Shown: positions 28,812 to 39,855 of the stretch, piece after piece
Numbering within the stretch: the first letter of the stretch is position 1
Layout of the letters: each line of letters opens with the position of its first letter
Notes under the pieces: model-generated
What the model was told of the DNA's origin: nothing
Databases searched by the model: none
Seen by the model: the letters and a program-made list of their open reading frames with translations, nothing else
Program-made: the position numbers and the translations under genes
Origin: Candidatus Bathyarchaeota archaeon
GTDB taxonomy: Archaea; Thermoproteota; Bathyarchaeia; Bathyarchaeales; Bathycorpusculaceae
Length of the DNA stretch: 64,000 nucleotides
NCBI GenBank assembly: GCA_963826715.1
Contig: CAWGYA010000007.1
Coordinates: 211,445-275,444 of the forward strand
Direction of reading: 5' to 3'

Positions 28812-30937
28812 TGAAGTTTGTCCTAAAACGTGATAGTAAATTAGAACCCTTCGATCAAGAACGCATAACAATCGCAATTTGGAAAGCCGCAAAAGCAGTT
28901 GGCGGCAAAGATAAATCGCAAGCAAAGCGTGTCAGTGACCAAGTTGTTTCTGAATTGCAGAGACTCTACGGCGACGATGGGGTGCCAACAGTTGAGGAAG
29001 TTCAAGACCTCGTTGAAAAGCAGTTAATAGAAAACAGCCATGCCTCCACTGCTAAAGCATACATACTTTACCGCAAACAACACACTGACATGCGTGAACT
29101 CGCAGCGTTACTGAGTTCTTCGGACATGGTTGATCAGTACCTTGAGGTCGCAGACTGGCGCGTAAAAGAAAACAGTAACATGAGTTATTCGCTTCAGGGT
29201 TTAAACAATTATCTCTCATCCGCTGTTATTGCTAAATACTGGATAGCCCGTATATACCCAGAAAGCATTGCTGCTTCTCACTTCGCAGGCGACATACACA
29301 TCCACGATCTCGGCGTTTTGGGACCATACTGTGTTGGTTGGGACATAAGCGACCTTTTACTATCTGGCTTTGGTGGTGTGCACGGCAAAATTGAGAGCAA
29401 ACCTGCTAAACACTTACGGACCGCCCTTGGGCAAGTGGTAAACTTCTTCTACACTCTACAAGGTGAAGCAGCTGGCGCACAGGCGTTTAGCAACTTTGAC
29501 ACTTATTTGGCTCCCTTCATAAAATACGATAATCTCTCACAGAGGGATGTGGAGCAGGCGCTACAGGAATTCTTTTTCAACATGAACGTTCCCACCCGCG
29601 TCGGCTTCCAAACACCATTCACCAACCTCACGTTGGATTTAACAGTGCCTGATTTCATGAAGGATGAAGCTGTACTCTATAATGGCAAAATCACTCAAGA
29701 CACCTATGGTAGCATGAGCAAGGAGATGGATATGTTCAACACAGCCTTCGCCAAAGTCATGGCGCAGGGCGATTCCAAAGGCAGAGTATTCACCTTCCCC
29801 ATCCCCACATACAACATAACCAAAGACTTCGACTGGGACTCGCCTGTTTCGCAGGCAATCTTTGAAGTCACCGCCAAATATGGTGTTCCATACTTCAGCA
29901 ACTTTGTTAACAGTGACATGAAACCCGAAGACGTCCGCAGTATGTGCTGCCGCCTTCGTATCGATAACCGTGAACTGCGCAAACGCGGCGGTGGATTCTT
30001 TGGCGCTAATCCCCTTACCGGCAGCATTGGAGTTGTCACTCTAAACCTTCCTCGTATAGGATACCTCTCCAAAAATGAAGACGAATTCTTTGAACGCCTT
30101 GAAACGTTGATGGAGACCGCCAAAGCTAGCCTAGAACTGAAGCGAAAGGTGCTTGAATCCTTCACGGAAAGCGGATTGTACCCCTATTCTCGTCGTTATC
30201 TGCGTCATATTAAAGATGGTTATGATAAATTCTGGAAAAACCACTTCTCCACTATAGGAATAGTCGGAGTTAACGAAGCCATACTGAATTTGCTTGGACA
30301 AAACATTGCCTCACATGATGGACAAGCCTTTGCAGTTAAGATGCTTACGTTTATGCGTAAACGCTTAGCGGATTACCAAGAGGAAACAGGCAGCATATAC
30401 AACCTTGAAGCAACCCCTGCCGAGGGTACCTCTTATCGGCTTGCACGTTTAGACAAGAAACGATACCGCGACATTATCTTTGCCAATCAAAAACATATGG
30501 TTGCAGAACATGCTGAACCCTTCTACACAAACTCCTCACAGTTGCCTGTGGATTTCTCAGGTGATCTCTTCGAAGCTCTGGAGCATCAAGAAACTCTGCA
30601 GACACTCTATACAGGCGGGACGGTTTTCCATATTTTCCTCGGTGAACGCCTCAACTCATGGAAATCCGCAGCGGAACTTATCAAAAAAGTCAGTTGGAAC
30701 TCGCATCTGCCTTACTTCACGCTGAGCCCGACCTTTAGCATATGCCCAACCCATGGCTATACAAACGGGGAACACAAAAACTGTCCAACCTGTGGAACAC
30801 GATGTGAAGTGTACTCGCGAGTAGTTGGTTACTTGCGTCCGGTTGATCAATGGAACGACGGTAAACAATCTGAATTCGCTATACGTAAAACCTTTGACCG
30901 CTCATCCGTGATGGCATCTGCACCCCTATCAGTATAG
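28811..30937 (+). CDS. nrdD: Anaerobic (class III) ribonucleoside-triphosphate reductase
   Basis: ATP cone, IHIHDL, SMCCRL, EATPAE, YSRVVGYL glycyl-radical loop. Confidence 0.95.
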   Translation: MKFVLKRDSKLEPFDQERITIAIWKAAKAVGGKDKSQAKRVSDQVVSELQRLYGDDGVPTVEEVQDLVEKQLIENSHASTAKAYILYRKQHTDMRELAALLSSSDMVDQYLEVADWRVKENSNMSYSLQGLNNYLSSAVIAKYWIARIYPESIAASHFAGDIHIHDLGVLGPYCVGWDISDLLLSGFGGVHGKIESKPAKHLRTALGQVVNFFYTLQGEAAGAQAFSNFDTYLAPFIKYDNLSQRDVEQALQEFFFNMNVPTRVGFQTPFTNLTLDLTVPDFMKDEAVLYNGKITQDTYGSMSKEMDMFNTAFAKVMAQGDSKGRVFTFPIPTYNITKDFDWDSPVSQAIFEVTAKYGVPYFSNFVNSDMKPEDVRSMCCRLRIDNRELRKRGGGFFGANPLTGSIGVVTLNLPRIGYLSKNEDEFFERLETLMETAKASLELKRKVLESFTESGLYPYSRRYLRHIKDGYDKFWKNHFSTIGIVGVNEAILNLLGQNIASHDGQAFAVKMLTFMRKRLADYQEETGSIYNLEATPAEGTSYRLARLDKKRYRDIIFANQKHMVAEHAEPFYTNSSQLPVDFSGDLFEALEHQETLQTLYTGGTVFHIFLGERLNSWKSAAELIKKVSWNSHLPYFTLSPTFSICPTHGYTNGEHKNCPTCGTRCEVYSRVVGYLRPVDQWNDGKQSEFAIRKTFDRSSVMASAPLSV

Positions 30938-30950
30938 GTGAAGACTAAAA

Positions 30951-31628
30951 GTGAAGTTTAGTGGATTACAAAAAACAAGCCTCCTCGACTATCCTGATCA
31001 CATAGCTTCAGTGCTGTTCACTCCAGGCTGCAACCTCCGTTGCCCCTACTGCCATAATTGGAAAATCGCTACAAACCCCCAACCTCCTTTTCTTCAAGAA
31101 GGTGCTGCCCTCTCAATTTTAGAGAGTCGCAAAAAATACGTTGACTCCGTAGTCATCACTGGTGGCGAACCGTGTATGCACAAGGAGCTGCCTCGGTTCA
31201 TCACAAAACTCAAAGAACGAGGCTTTCAAGTTAAGCTAGACACAAACGGCTTCTTCCCAGTTACGCTAGAAGAATGTCTCGACAAAGTCGATTATGTAGC
31301 CATGGACATTAAGACTAGCCCCGAAAAATATTCCCTTTTAGGTCAAGACAGCAATGCTGATTTGAGGAGTTCGGTTGAACTGCTCCGGACAGGTAACGTC
31401 AAATATGAATTTCGTACAACAGTTGCTCCTGAAATAGTTACTAAGCAAGACATTGATGCGATGGGCGAGATGGTTAGAGATGCAAAGCTACATGTTCTTC
31501 AACAGTTTATCCCTGAGAGCACACTGGACAAACGTTATCAAACACTAAAGCCTTACTCGCCCGACGAAATCCGTGAGTTCGGTGAAATTTTAAAAAAATA
31601 TTGCCAAAAAGTTGAGTTTAGGCTTTAA
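30951..31628 (+). CDS. nrdG: Anaerobic RNR activating radical-SAM protein
   Basis: GCNLRCPYCHN, TGGEP, DTNG. Confidence 0.93.
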   Translation: MKFSGLQKTSLLDYPDHIASVLFTPGCNLRCPYCHNWKIATNPQPPFLQEGAALSILESRKKYVDSVVITGGEPCMHKELPRFITKLKERGFQVKLDTNGFFPVTLEECLDKVDYVAMDIKTSPEKYSLLGQDSNADLRSSVELLRTGNVKYEFRTTVAPEIVTKQDIDAMGEMVRDAKLHVLQQFIPESTLDKRYQTLKPYSPDEIREFGEILKKYCQKVEFRL

Positions 31629-31791
31629 TTTCACTGATTTTTTAACCATAAAAATTAGCCATTTTTATGCGATTTTTTCACATTAAAATTAAAAAAATAT
31701 ACATTAAAATGTATGCAAATCTTAAATTAAAAAAAGGTTGATAAGGGCAAGTATGCGCTCGCAAAGCGCATATACTTTTAGGAAAAAAAAG

Positions 31792-34308
31792 ATGAAAACA
31801 ATAAACAAAAAAACGACAGCGGCATTGTCACTGCTCTTAATAGCAGTTTTTCTTGTCTCAATGTTTGCTTTACCAACCTCAAATTCCCAGACAACAACTA
31901 AAACAAAAGCAACATACGCTGTATGCGGTCTTATGCCAAATCCTGTAGGAATAAATCAAGAAGTACTATTATGGATAGGTATCACCGATTATTTGGAGAA
32001 TGAATCTCAAAGTTGGAAAGGCTTAACTGTTACCGTAACCAAACCCGACGGAATAATCGAAACCCTTGGCCCCTTTAAAACTGATGCAACAGGCTCAACA
32101 GGCACAGTCTTTGTCCCTGACCAAATAGGTAATTATACCTTCCAAACTCACTTTCCAGCGCAATGGTTCAACTGGTCTATGCCTTCTATGTTCGACCCTC
32201 AGATCAGCGGCAACATATTCTATAAAGCAAGCGATAGTGAAGTAGTAACGCTAGTCGTTACTGATGAACCAGCTCCTAGCTATCCGTTTAATGCGCTTCC
32301 AACAGAATACTGGACACGGCCAATAGATTCCGAACATTATACTTGGAATACAATCTCAGCCAACTGGCTCCAGATCCCGGTTAACAAAAACGCAATCGAT
32401 AATGACTTCGCCCCCGAGAGTTCACATATACTTTGGACTAAACCATTAAACCTTGGAGGTCTTTCTGGAGGATTCAATGATGATCATGGACATGAAACAG
32501 GCGATGCCTACGAAGGAAAATTCGCAAACTCTGTTATCCTTGACGGTAGATTATACTACAACAGGTACGCACAAGGTTTTAGCGGCGGCTGGGCACAGCA
32601 AGGTATCTTTTGCGTAGATCTTAGAACCGGTGAAGAAGTCTGGTTCAAGAACAACAGTCGATTAGCTTTTGGTCAAACACTCTATTGGGACGCATGGAAT
32701 ATGCACGGAGTTTTCTCATACATCTATACATCGACATCTGAATTTGATTTCGCAACCTTTTCTTCAGTCACAACTTGGAATGCGTATGATCCATTAACAG
32801 GTGAATACGAATTTAGCATTAGCAACATTCCATCAGCAGGCGCAATGTTTGGCGCAAGCACCTTGCAAACAGGTCCAAACGGTGAATTTATCATTTACAA
32901 TATCGATTTGGTGCACGGATGGGTCGCCAAATGGAACTCAACAACTGCAGTTATCGGATTGCACCCCTCAGGAGATATGAGTGGTGGTAGTTGGGGTTCA
33001 GCAGCTAACACACAGCAAACCTTTGACGGAAACCGAGGATACGACTGGAACAAAACACTCACTGCTGGCGCAGGTAATTTACCAGGCGGTATTAGCGCGG
33101 TTCTCGATGACAGAGTAATAGGTTCGACTGCTGAAGCATGGGCAGGCATGGGCGATAAACCCATCAGTTTATGGGCTTTCAGTCTTGATTCAACCACCAA
33201 CACGCTACCGACATTATTCAATACTACTTGGACACCACCTGCAGGAGACTTAACGGTTAGCTTTGGCGATTCGAGTTTACCTGACAAAGTTTTCACGCTT
33301 GAAATCAAAGAGAAACGGCAAATCTATGGATTCAACATGGATAATGGTCAGATAATTTGGGGTCCAACTGAACCCCAGACACAACTACAAGTCTATGGTA
33401 TGTCAGGTTGCATCGTTGACGGAAGACTTTTCTCTACTGGGTATGGTGGCATAGTATACTGCTATAATGTTACAAACGGAAACCCTCTCTGGACCTATGA
33501 AGCAAAAGATCCTTACAACGAAATTCTATGGAGCACTGATTGGCCTCTACAGGTCTGTTTTGTCGCAGGAGACAAAATCTATCTGTCACACAGCGAACAC
33601 TCCCCTGTAAATCCTTTACCAAGAGGCGCACCCTTTGTTTGCCTTGACGTCGTTAATGGCTCAAAAATTTGGGACATCCCATTGCGTGGAAGCAGTTGGG
33701 GTGGCAACGGAATAATTGGCGACAGTATCATCGCAACTTGGAATTCCTATGACGGATTAATCTATTCTGTAGGTAAAGGCGAAAGCGCTACAACTGTTAT
33801 CGGACCCGATATCGGCATTCCCTCAGGCTCCTCAGCTATTATCAGGGGAACCGTTACAGACCAATCACCAGGTGCTAAAGGAACACCCGCCATATCTGAC
33901 GAATCCATGGATGAATGGATGAGGTACATATACATGCAGTTTGATCAACCTATAAATGCTTCAGGAGTTCCAGTATCTATAGATTCCATTGATCCCAACG
34001 GCAACTTCATTCATCTTGGTGACACAACAAGCGATACAAGTGGTACCTACAGCTTTAGATGGATTCCACCTGCAGACATTCCAGGTAAGTACACGATAAT
34101 TGCTACTTTCGCAGGCTCTAATTCGTATTGGCCTTCACACGCAACGACAGCAGTTTCCGTTGATCCCAGCGCGGAACCAACAGCTATACCGACAGAGGCA
34201 TTAGTCTCAATGGCTGACACATACATTGTCCCCATTGGCGTGGCAATAATCATAACAGTAATTATCGTCGGCGCAATGCTCGCTTTGCTTATGAGAAAAC
34301 GATCCTAA
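31792..34308 (+). CDS. Secreted, C-terminally anchored PQQ-like beta-propeller repeat protein
   Basis: Signal peptide, PNPVG, EYWTRPI, repeated D/N-x-x-T/N-G-x-x-x-W blade motifs, C-terminal TM plus RKRS. Confidence 0.85.
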   Translation: MKTINKKTTAALSLLLIAVFLVSMFALPTSNSQTTTKTKATYAVCGLMPNPVGINQEVLLWIGITDYLENESQSWKGLTVTVTKPDGIIETLGPFKTDATGSTGTVFVPDQIGNYTFQTHFPAQWFNWSMPSMFDPQISGNIFYKASDSEVVTLVVTDEPAPSYPFNALPTEYWTRPIDSEHYTWNTISANWLQIPVNKNAIDNDFAPESSHILWTKPLNLGGLSGGFNDDHGHETGDAYEGKFANSVILDGRLYYNRYAQGFSGGWAQQGIFCVDLRTGEEVWFKNNSRLAFGQTLYWDAWNMHGVFSYIYTSTSEFDFATFSSVTTWNAYDPLTGEYEFSISNIPSAGAMFGASTLQTGPNGEFIIYNIDLVHGWVAKWNSTTAVIGLHPSGDMSGGSWGSAANTQQTFDGNRGYDWNKTLTAGAGNLPGGISAVLDDRVIGSTAEAWAGMGDKPISLWAFSLDSTTNTLPTLFNTTWTPPAGDLTVSFGDSSLPDKVFTLEIKEKRQIYGFNMDNGQIIWGPTEPQTQLQVYGMSGCIVDGRLFSTGYGGIVYCYNVTNGNPLWTYEAKDPYNEILWSTDWPLQVCFVAGDKIYLSHSEHSPVNPLPRGAPFVCLDVVNGSKIWDIPLRGSSWGGNGIIGDSIIATWNSYDGLIYSVGKGESATTVIGPDIGIPSGSSAIIRGTVTDQSPGAKGTPAISDESMDEWMRYIYMQFDQPINASGVPVSIDSIDPNGNFIHLGDTTSDTSGTYSFRWIPPADIPGKYTIIATFAGSNSYWPSHATTAVSVDPSAEPTAIPTEALVSMADTYIVPIGVAIIITVIIVGAMLALLMRKRS

Positions 34309-34310
34309 AT

Positions 34311-34342
34311 ATCTCTCTCCTTTCCCTTCCTTTTTTCTTTTG
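34311..34342 (+). terminator. Pyrimidine/oligo-T terminator
   Basis: ctctctcctttcccttccttttttcttt immediately after the stop codon. Confidence 0.5.
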
Positions 34343-34485
34343 TAGTTAAGATTCTTAATCAAAAATGACTACAAAGGTTAACTGATTGAAAACCAAAAAT
34401 GGCTTTTAAAAAAAATAGCTAAAAAATTTCTATGCTTCTTTACCTCTCAGAGATGATGGGAAGATAGAAACATGAGGGCTTAAGG

Positions 34486-35397
34486 TTACTTTACCACTTT
34501 TTGCCAGTTTTCAACCCTATCAAGGAACTCTTGTACAGGTTGCCCGCCGAAGCTTCTCAGTTTTTGTCGCAATTCAGTTTTCTCGACAGCTGCTTTCTGA
34601 AAATCAAGCATTTCTTTTTTTCCATCAATCAGGTAGAGAAAGCCATTTACGCCTCCAACGCGTCCGCAGCGGACAGTGACAGTGAGTAACTCGGCGGGGG
34701 TGGGTACATCTTGAGGGATGTCGCCTGGACCGTAAACATAGAGGCTTATGTAGAATGGTTTTTTGAGCAGTTTCTTGAAGCCTCGGGTCAGCATTTCCCA
34801 ATACCATGGTGTAGCGTAATTTTTGCTAAACATGACCACGTTAAAAGCGTCGGCGTATTTGGCTGAGTCTTCAAAATCCACACCATAACGTTCAAGTGAA
34901 CTAACTGGGTCGGGCTGGAGGCTCAAAATAAGTTCCTTTTTAACAACGTCACGGATCTGGGCAATGTAATCGGTGACTTCTTTTCGACGCCACTCAATCC
35001 AGCTTAAGCCGCTTTTTTGGTAACGTTGTGTACATCTAGGGCAGGTGCAATGTCCGTGCTCGGCGAAGTATTGACTGTTTAGACAGATACCTTGTGATTG
35101 CCTATCGACTTCGGCCATATATTTGAGTTGTTCTTCGCGGTAGTCAGGTTGGGTTGCACAGAGAACGCTCCAGTAAATATTAAAATTGTTGTTTCCAAAT
35201 TTGGCTGGCCCTAGCGGGGATTGTGAAATCCAGTCCGGGTGAGTTTGGCCAGTTTGTGTATCTGCAAAGACAGCGATGTTGCTGTACATGTCTGAAACTG
35301 GCTTTAGTCTTAGACCTGTTTCGGGTTTGACCCGGAAAACGTGGAAGTCAAAACCTTCTGGTTTTTGTGGTTGGAATGTAAGTGTGCCGAACTTCAT
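34486..35397 (-). CDS. Glycoside-hydrolase-like TIM-barrel protein (GHL10-like) with CxCxxC motif
   Basis: HPDW, LCATQPDY, HCTCPRC, WRRKEVT, YGVDF. Confidence 0.6.
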   Translation of the reverse strand: MKFGTLTFQPQKPEGFDFHVFRVKPETGLRLKPVSDMYSNIAVFADTQTGQTHPDWISQSPLGPAKFGNNNFNIYWSVLCATQPDYREEQLKYMAEVDRQSQGICLNSQYFAEHGHCTCPRCTQRYQKSGLSWIEWRRKEVTDYIAQIRDVVKKELILSLQPDPVSSLERYGVDFEDSAKYADAFNVVMFSKNYATPWYWEMLTRGFKKLLKKPFYISLYVYGPGDIPQDVPTPAELLTVTVRCGRVGGVNGFLYLIDGKKEMLDFQKAAVEKTELRQKLRSFGGQPVQEFLDRVENWQKVVK

Positions 35398-35826
35398 TTG
35401 GATTGCCTATTGGGGCAATGAAGCGCTGTTGTTTTATAAGGTTTTTTGCTGAGGAAGCGAAAATGAAAATTTGTTTTATAGAGCTGTTACTATGTGAGGA
35501 AGGTTATTTTAATTGAAGTTTTCATAATTATTGATTGTCTGAGCTGTTGTAATTCACATATTGACTGGTGAAAGCGTTATGTTTTTTTGTTTTCTTTGTT
35601 AATGATTGATTGTTTATTTTTTTAGTTACTTTTTGAATATCTTTTTATTTTTAGCTTTGATGTTTAGTTTATTTTGGATAATTGCCTTGCTTTTGAACAA
35701 AAATTTGGATGTTTATTTAGTAATTTGATTGTGAAACAACCAAATGGATAGTTTTAAATAGTAGAATGTTGTAATTGCACAGATAATAAAGAAAAAAATA
35801 AACAAATGTCGAGAGGAATATGTAAA

Positions 35827-37116
35827 ATGGCGTCAGGAGATATAGCTTGGATAATAACTGCAACAGCTTTAGTCATGTTAATGACTCCCGCGTTAGGATT
35901 TTTTTATGGAGGATTAGTCCGCAAAAAGAACCTTATATCAACTATTGTGCAATGCTTTGTCATTTTTGCAGTCATAAGCATAGTCTGGGCTCTCTGGGGA
36001 TACAGTCTAGTTTTTGGCGAATCCATCGGTGGAGTCATAGGTTTCAGTCCAGGATTACTGGGGATGGGAAACCTGAGCATAAGCTTCGTTAACACTTCAC
36101 TCGCACCAGAAATTCCTGAACTGTTATTCTTTGCGTTTCAGCTTAAGTTCGCCGCTATCACTCCTGCTTTGATTATCGGTGCATGTGCAGAACGTATACG
36201 CTTTAAGTCGTTGCTCATCTTTATGGTGCTTTGGTCTACTATCATCTACGTTCCAATCGCACATTGGGTATGGAACCCCGATGGGTGGCTCAAAGGCATA
36301 GGGGCCATTGACTTTGCAGGAGGAATCGTTGTGCACGTTGCAGCAGGAATATCTGCGCTTGCAGCAGCACTAGTCGTAGGTAGAAGACAAAGTGAAAGTT
36401 GTCCAACTTCCGGAGGCAGTTCAATTCCATGGAAAACCCACATGGTAAAGCTAGATGCGCCCCCGCCAGCTTTCAAACCAACAAACATCCCATATGTCTT
36501 GTTGGGGGCCGCATTGCTGTGGTTCGGCTGGTTCGGATTCAACGCAGGTAGTTCCCTTGCCGCAAACGACTTAGCTGCATCAGCACTAGTCACTACAAAC
36601 CTTGCAGCTGCAGGAGCAGCAGTCAGCTGGATGATCGCGGACTGGGTAATCAAAGGCAAACCTTCCGCAGTCGGTGTGGCAATCGGTGCTGTAGTTGGTT
36701 TAGTTGCAATTACGCCAGCAGCGGGCTTTGTCAGTGTTCCAGCTGCGATGATTATCGGTTTATCAGCCGGAGTCATCTCAAACTTAGTAGCTAACTGGCG
36801 GGCTGGCAGATCACGAATCGACGACTCACTTGATGTATTTGCATGTCATGGCATTGGTGGTCTTTGGGGTTCAATTGCCACAGGTATCTTTGCTTCTGCT
36901 GCGATCGGCGGGGTCAACGGCTTGATCTTCGGGAACGTTGGTCAATTCATTGCACAGCTTGAAGCTCTTGCAGTGGTTGTTCCGTTTGCTTTTTTCGGCT
37001 CGTATGCCCTGCTGAAGGTTGTGAACATATTCTCTCCACTGCGTGTGAGTGCCAAAGCTGAAGATGCAGGATTAGACCTAAGCGAGCACGGCGAAGAAGC
37101 CTACCAGCTTGACTGA
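35827..37116 (+). CDS. amt: Ammonium transporter Amt (copy 1)
   Basis: LMTPALGFFYGG, HWVW, DFAGGIVVH, WFGWFGFNAGS, DDSLDVFACHG, GLDLSEHGE. Confidence 0.95.
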   Translation: MASGDIAWIITATALVMLMTPALGFFYGGLVRKKNLISTIVQCFVIFAVISIVWALWGYSLVFGESIGGVIGFSPGLLGMGNLSISFVNTSLAPEIPELLFFAFQLKFAAITPALIIGACAERIRFKSLLIFMVLWSTIIYVPIAHWVWNPDGWLKGIGAIDFAGGIVVHVAAGISALAAALVVGRRQSESCPTSGGSSIPWKTHMVKLDAPPPAFKPTNIPYVLLGAALLWFGWFGFNAGSSLAANDLAASALVTTNLAAAGAAVSWMIADWVIKGKPSAVGVAIGAVVGLVAITPAAGFVSVPAAMIIGLSAGVISNLVANWRAGRSRIDDSLDVFACHGIGGLWGSIATGIFASAAIGGVNGLIFGNVGQFIAQLEALAVVVPFAFFGSYALLKVVNIFSPLRVSAKAEDAGLDLSEHGEEAYQLD

Positions 37117-37302
37117 TAGTTAAGCTTCACTTCCTTTTTTTATTTTTTTGTTTTAGTCTTGATACAGTTTGTAGTTTTGCTTTTAATTTAATTAGTTTCC
37201 CTATGATGACTTTTAGATAAGTTTTAAATAGATTAATTTCGTATAAAAGCGGCATACACTAATTCAATATGGTGTATTATTATAAAAATAGGAGAAAAGA
37301 AC

Positions 37303-39855
37303 TTGATAAACAACAAAACAATAGCTAAGATAATGGCAATTATACTGACAATAGCAATAGCAATACCAATAGTCGGCATGCAGACTGCAAGTGCAGATAA
37401 CGAAGGAGTAACCTACGCTTACATCGGCGCAACACCAAACCCCGTAGGAATCGGTCAAGAAACACTGCTACACTTAGGCATTTCTCACCCAACCGCTTGG
37501 CCACAAGTGGGTTGGGTAGGTATGACCGTAGTAGTTACTCACCCAGATGGGCACAACGAGACCTTGGGACCATTCACCACTGACCCAACCGGTGGAACAG
37601 GTACAGTCTTAATTCCTACCGAAGTGGGCAACTATACTCTGCAAACCTTCTTCCCTGAACAAAAACTAACAACTGCAGCATACGGTACACCAGAAAATAC
37701 AACAATGCAAGCAAGTATTAGTCCACCTTTAACATTAGTTGTACAGGAAGAACCTACCTCTGTACATCAACAATATCCGCTCCCTTCCGAATACTGGTCA
37801 CGCCCAATTAATTCCCAATTCTGGGCATGGAATGACATTGCAGGCAACTGGCTCGCATATAGACGAGGAACTGATTTCGCTCCATCCTCATCGATCGCGC
37901 CATATACCACAGGACCCGAAACCGGTCACATACTATGGACTGAACCCCTCGTTCTCGGCGGACTAGCCGGCGGCGTAGAAGTTGGTCCACACAGTTATGA
38001 CATTGGAGACGCTTATGAAGGCAGATGGGGACACAACTCTGGCAATGGAGGACCTGTAATAATCCAAGGAATACTATTCTACAACATCTATCAAAGCGAC
38101 GGAACTGATGCACTGGAACAAACAGTCAAAGCAGTAGACTTAAAATCCGGCGAACTTCTCTGGGAAAGACAATTAACTGATTCCGAAGGCAATGTACACA
38201 GACTCGCTTTTGGACAAGTATTTTACTTTGATGGCTTTAACCAGCACAGTGTCTATGCATATCTCTGGGCAGTTGATGGAAGTACATGGCATGCATTTGA
38301 CCCACTAACAGGAAGATGGGTCTACAGTATGACAGATGTACCCAATTCCAGCAACCGAGTATATGCTGAAAACGGCGAAATCTACACATACGGTATTAAC
38401 CTCAACCAAAACACTCTTACCTGGTGGAATTCAAGCAAAGTAGTCGAAGAAACTCGACGCGAATTATCCCGCGACTATGATACTGATTCATCTCGAGGCA
38501 GCTGGATTAGACAATACAATGGAATGGTACTCAACGGAAGCTTAGGCATTGAATGGGTAAAGGCTATCGGAGGACAACCAACCGGGACAAGAATTTTGCC
38601 TGGTTCTGCATACAAAATGCGCGATGGTGTAATCCTTGGCGCGAACTTCCAACGCGGAGCAGCTGCACCTTCACCTGCAGCAATGTGGGCAATTAGCTTA
38701 CAGTCAGGACATGAAGGACAAATACTATTCAACACCACCTACACATTCCCACCTAATGCGCACATGAGCATTGAAGATGCAAGCCCAGAAGACAACGCTT
38801 TTAGCATCGCTTCTCAAGAAACAACACAGGTTTGGGTCTTCGACCTAAGCACAGGTCAAAAAGTATGGGGACCATCCGCCTCGCAGAATTACCAAGACCA
38901 ATTCGGCTACGCTTCAGGAAACCGTTGGGATGTCATATACAATGGCACACTCTACACGGGCAACTGGGGCGGAACATTATACGCTTATGATATACAAACA
39001 GGCAATCTTAAATGGAGATATGATATTGTTGACACCCACAACCAAATCCTCTGGGGCAACAACTGGCCACTACGAATTGCATTCATCGCTGACGGCAAAA
39101 TATACCTCGAACACACTGAGCACTCACCAGTTGATCCACTTCCACTCGGTGCACCATTCACTGCTGTTGACCTAGAAACCGGCGAAAAAGTCTTTGACAT
39201 AACCATCCGCGGAACAGAATGGGGTTCAACTCCAATTATTGCTGATGGCGTAATTGCGATGTTTAACACCTACGACGGTCAAATATACAGTATCGGCAAG
39301 GGTCCAAGCTCAACTACTGTCACTGCACCAAACGTTGGCGTTGAAACAGGTAAGTCAATTGTAATTCGAGGATCAGTGCTTGATGTCTCTGCTGGCACAA
39401 CCCAAACCTCAATCGCTGCTCGTTTTCCAAACGGTGTCGCTGCTGTCTCCGACGATAGCATGACTACATGGATGGAATACGTTTACATGCAAACACCTCT
39501 TCATTTGGACATTTCAGGCGTTGAAGTCTCAATCGATGTCATTGATGCAAATGGCAACTATAGAAACCTTGGTACTGCTATAAGCGACTCTACAGGCATG
39601 TTTAGCTACACATGGCAACCAGATATTGAAGGCTCCTACACGGTCTTCGCAACATTTGCAGGCACTAAATCATACTGGCCATCATACGCAGAAACAACTT
39701 TCGTAGCTGATCCTGCAGCAAATGACACACCCCAAGCAACAGCCCAACCTAACTCTACTGCTGACACCTACTTTGTCCCAGCAATCGCAGGTCTTATAAT
39801 TGCCATGGTTATAGGTTTTGCCTTAACCATTCTGCTGCTAAGAAAACGACCATAA
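37303..39855 (+). CDS. Secreted, C-terminally anchored PQQ-like beta-propeller repeat protein (paralog of 31792-34308)
   Basis: Same architecture: PNPVG, EYWSRPI, GDAYEG, HTEHSP, C-terminal TM plus RKRP. Confidence 0.85.
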   Translation: MINNKTIAKIMAIILTIAIAIPIVGMQTASADNEGVTYAYIGATPNPVGIGQETLLHLGISHPTAWPQVGWVGMTVVVTHPDGHNETLGPFTTDPTGGTGTVLIPTEVGNYTLQTFFPEQKLTTAAYGTPENTTMQASISPPLTLVVQEEPTSVHQQYPLPSEYWSRPINSQFWAWNDIAGNWLAYRRGTDFAPSSSIAPYTTGPETGHILWTEPLVLGGLAGGVEVGPHSYDIGDAYEGRWGHNSGNGGPVIIQGILFYNIYQSDGTDALEQTVKAVDLKSGELLWERQLTDSEGNVHRLAFGQVFYFDGFNQHSVYAYLWAVDGSTWHAFDPLTGRWVYSMTDVPNSSNRVYAENGEIYTYGINLNQNTLTWWNSSKVVEETRRELSRDYDTDSSRGSWIRQYNGMVLNGSLGIEWVKAIGGQPTGTRILPGSAYKMRDGVILGANFQRGAAAPSPAAMWAISLQSGHEGQILFNTTYTFPPNAHMSIEDASPEDNAFSIASQETTQVWVFDLSTGQKVWGPSASQNYQDQFGYASGNRWDVIYNGTLYTGNWGGTLYAYDIQTGNLKWRYDIVDTHNQILWGNNWPLRIAFIADGKIYLEHTEHSPVDPLPLGAPFTAVDLETGEKVFDITIRGTEWGSTPIIADGVIAMFNTYDGQIYSIGKGPSSTTVTAPNVGVETGKSIVIRGSVLDVSAGTTQTSIAARFPNGVAAVSDDSMTTWMEYVYMQTPLHLDISGVEVSIDVIDANGNYRNLGTAISDSTGMFSYTWQPDIEGSYTVFATFAGTKSYWPSYAETTFVADPAANDTPQATAQPNSTADTYFVPAIAGLIIAMVIGFALTILLLRKRP

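Noticed and set aside
31792-39855. True PQQ-dependent dehydrogenases
   Set aside because: Only blade-repeat similarity; no recognisable PQQ/Ca active-site motifs and no pqq genes in the window
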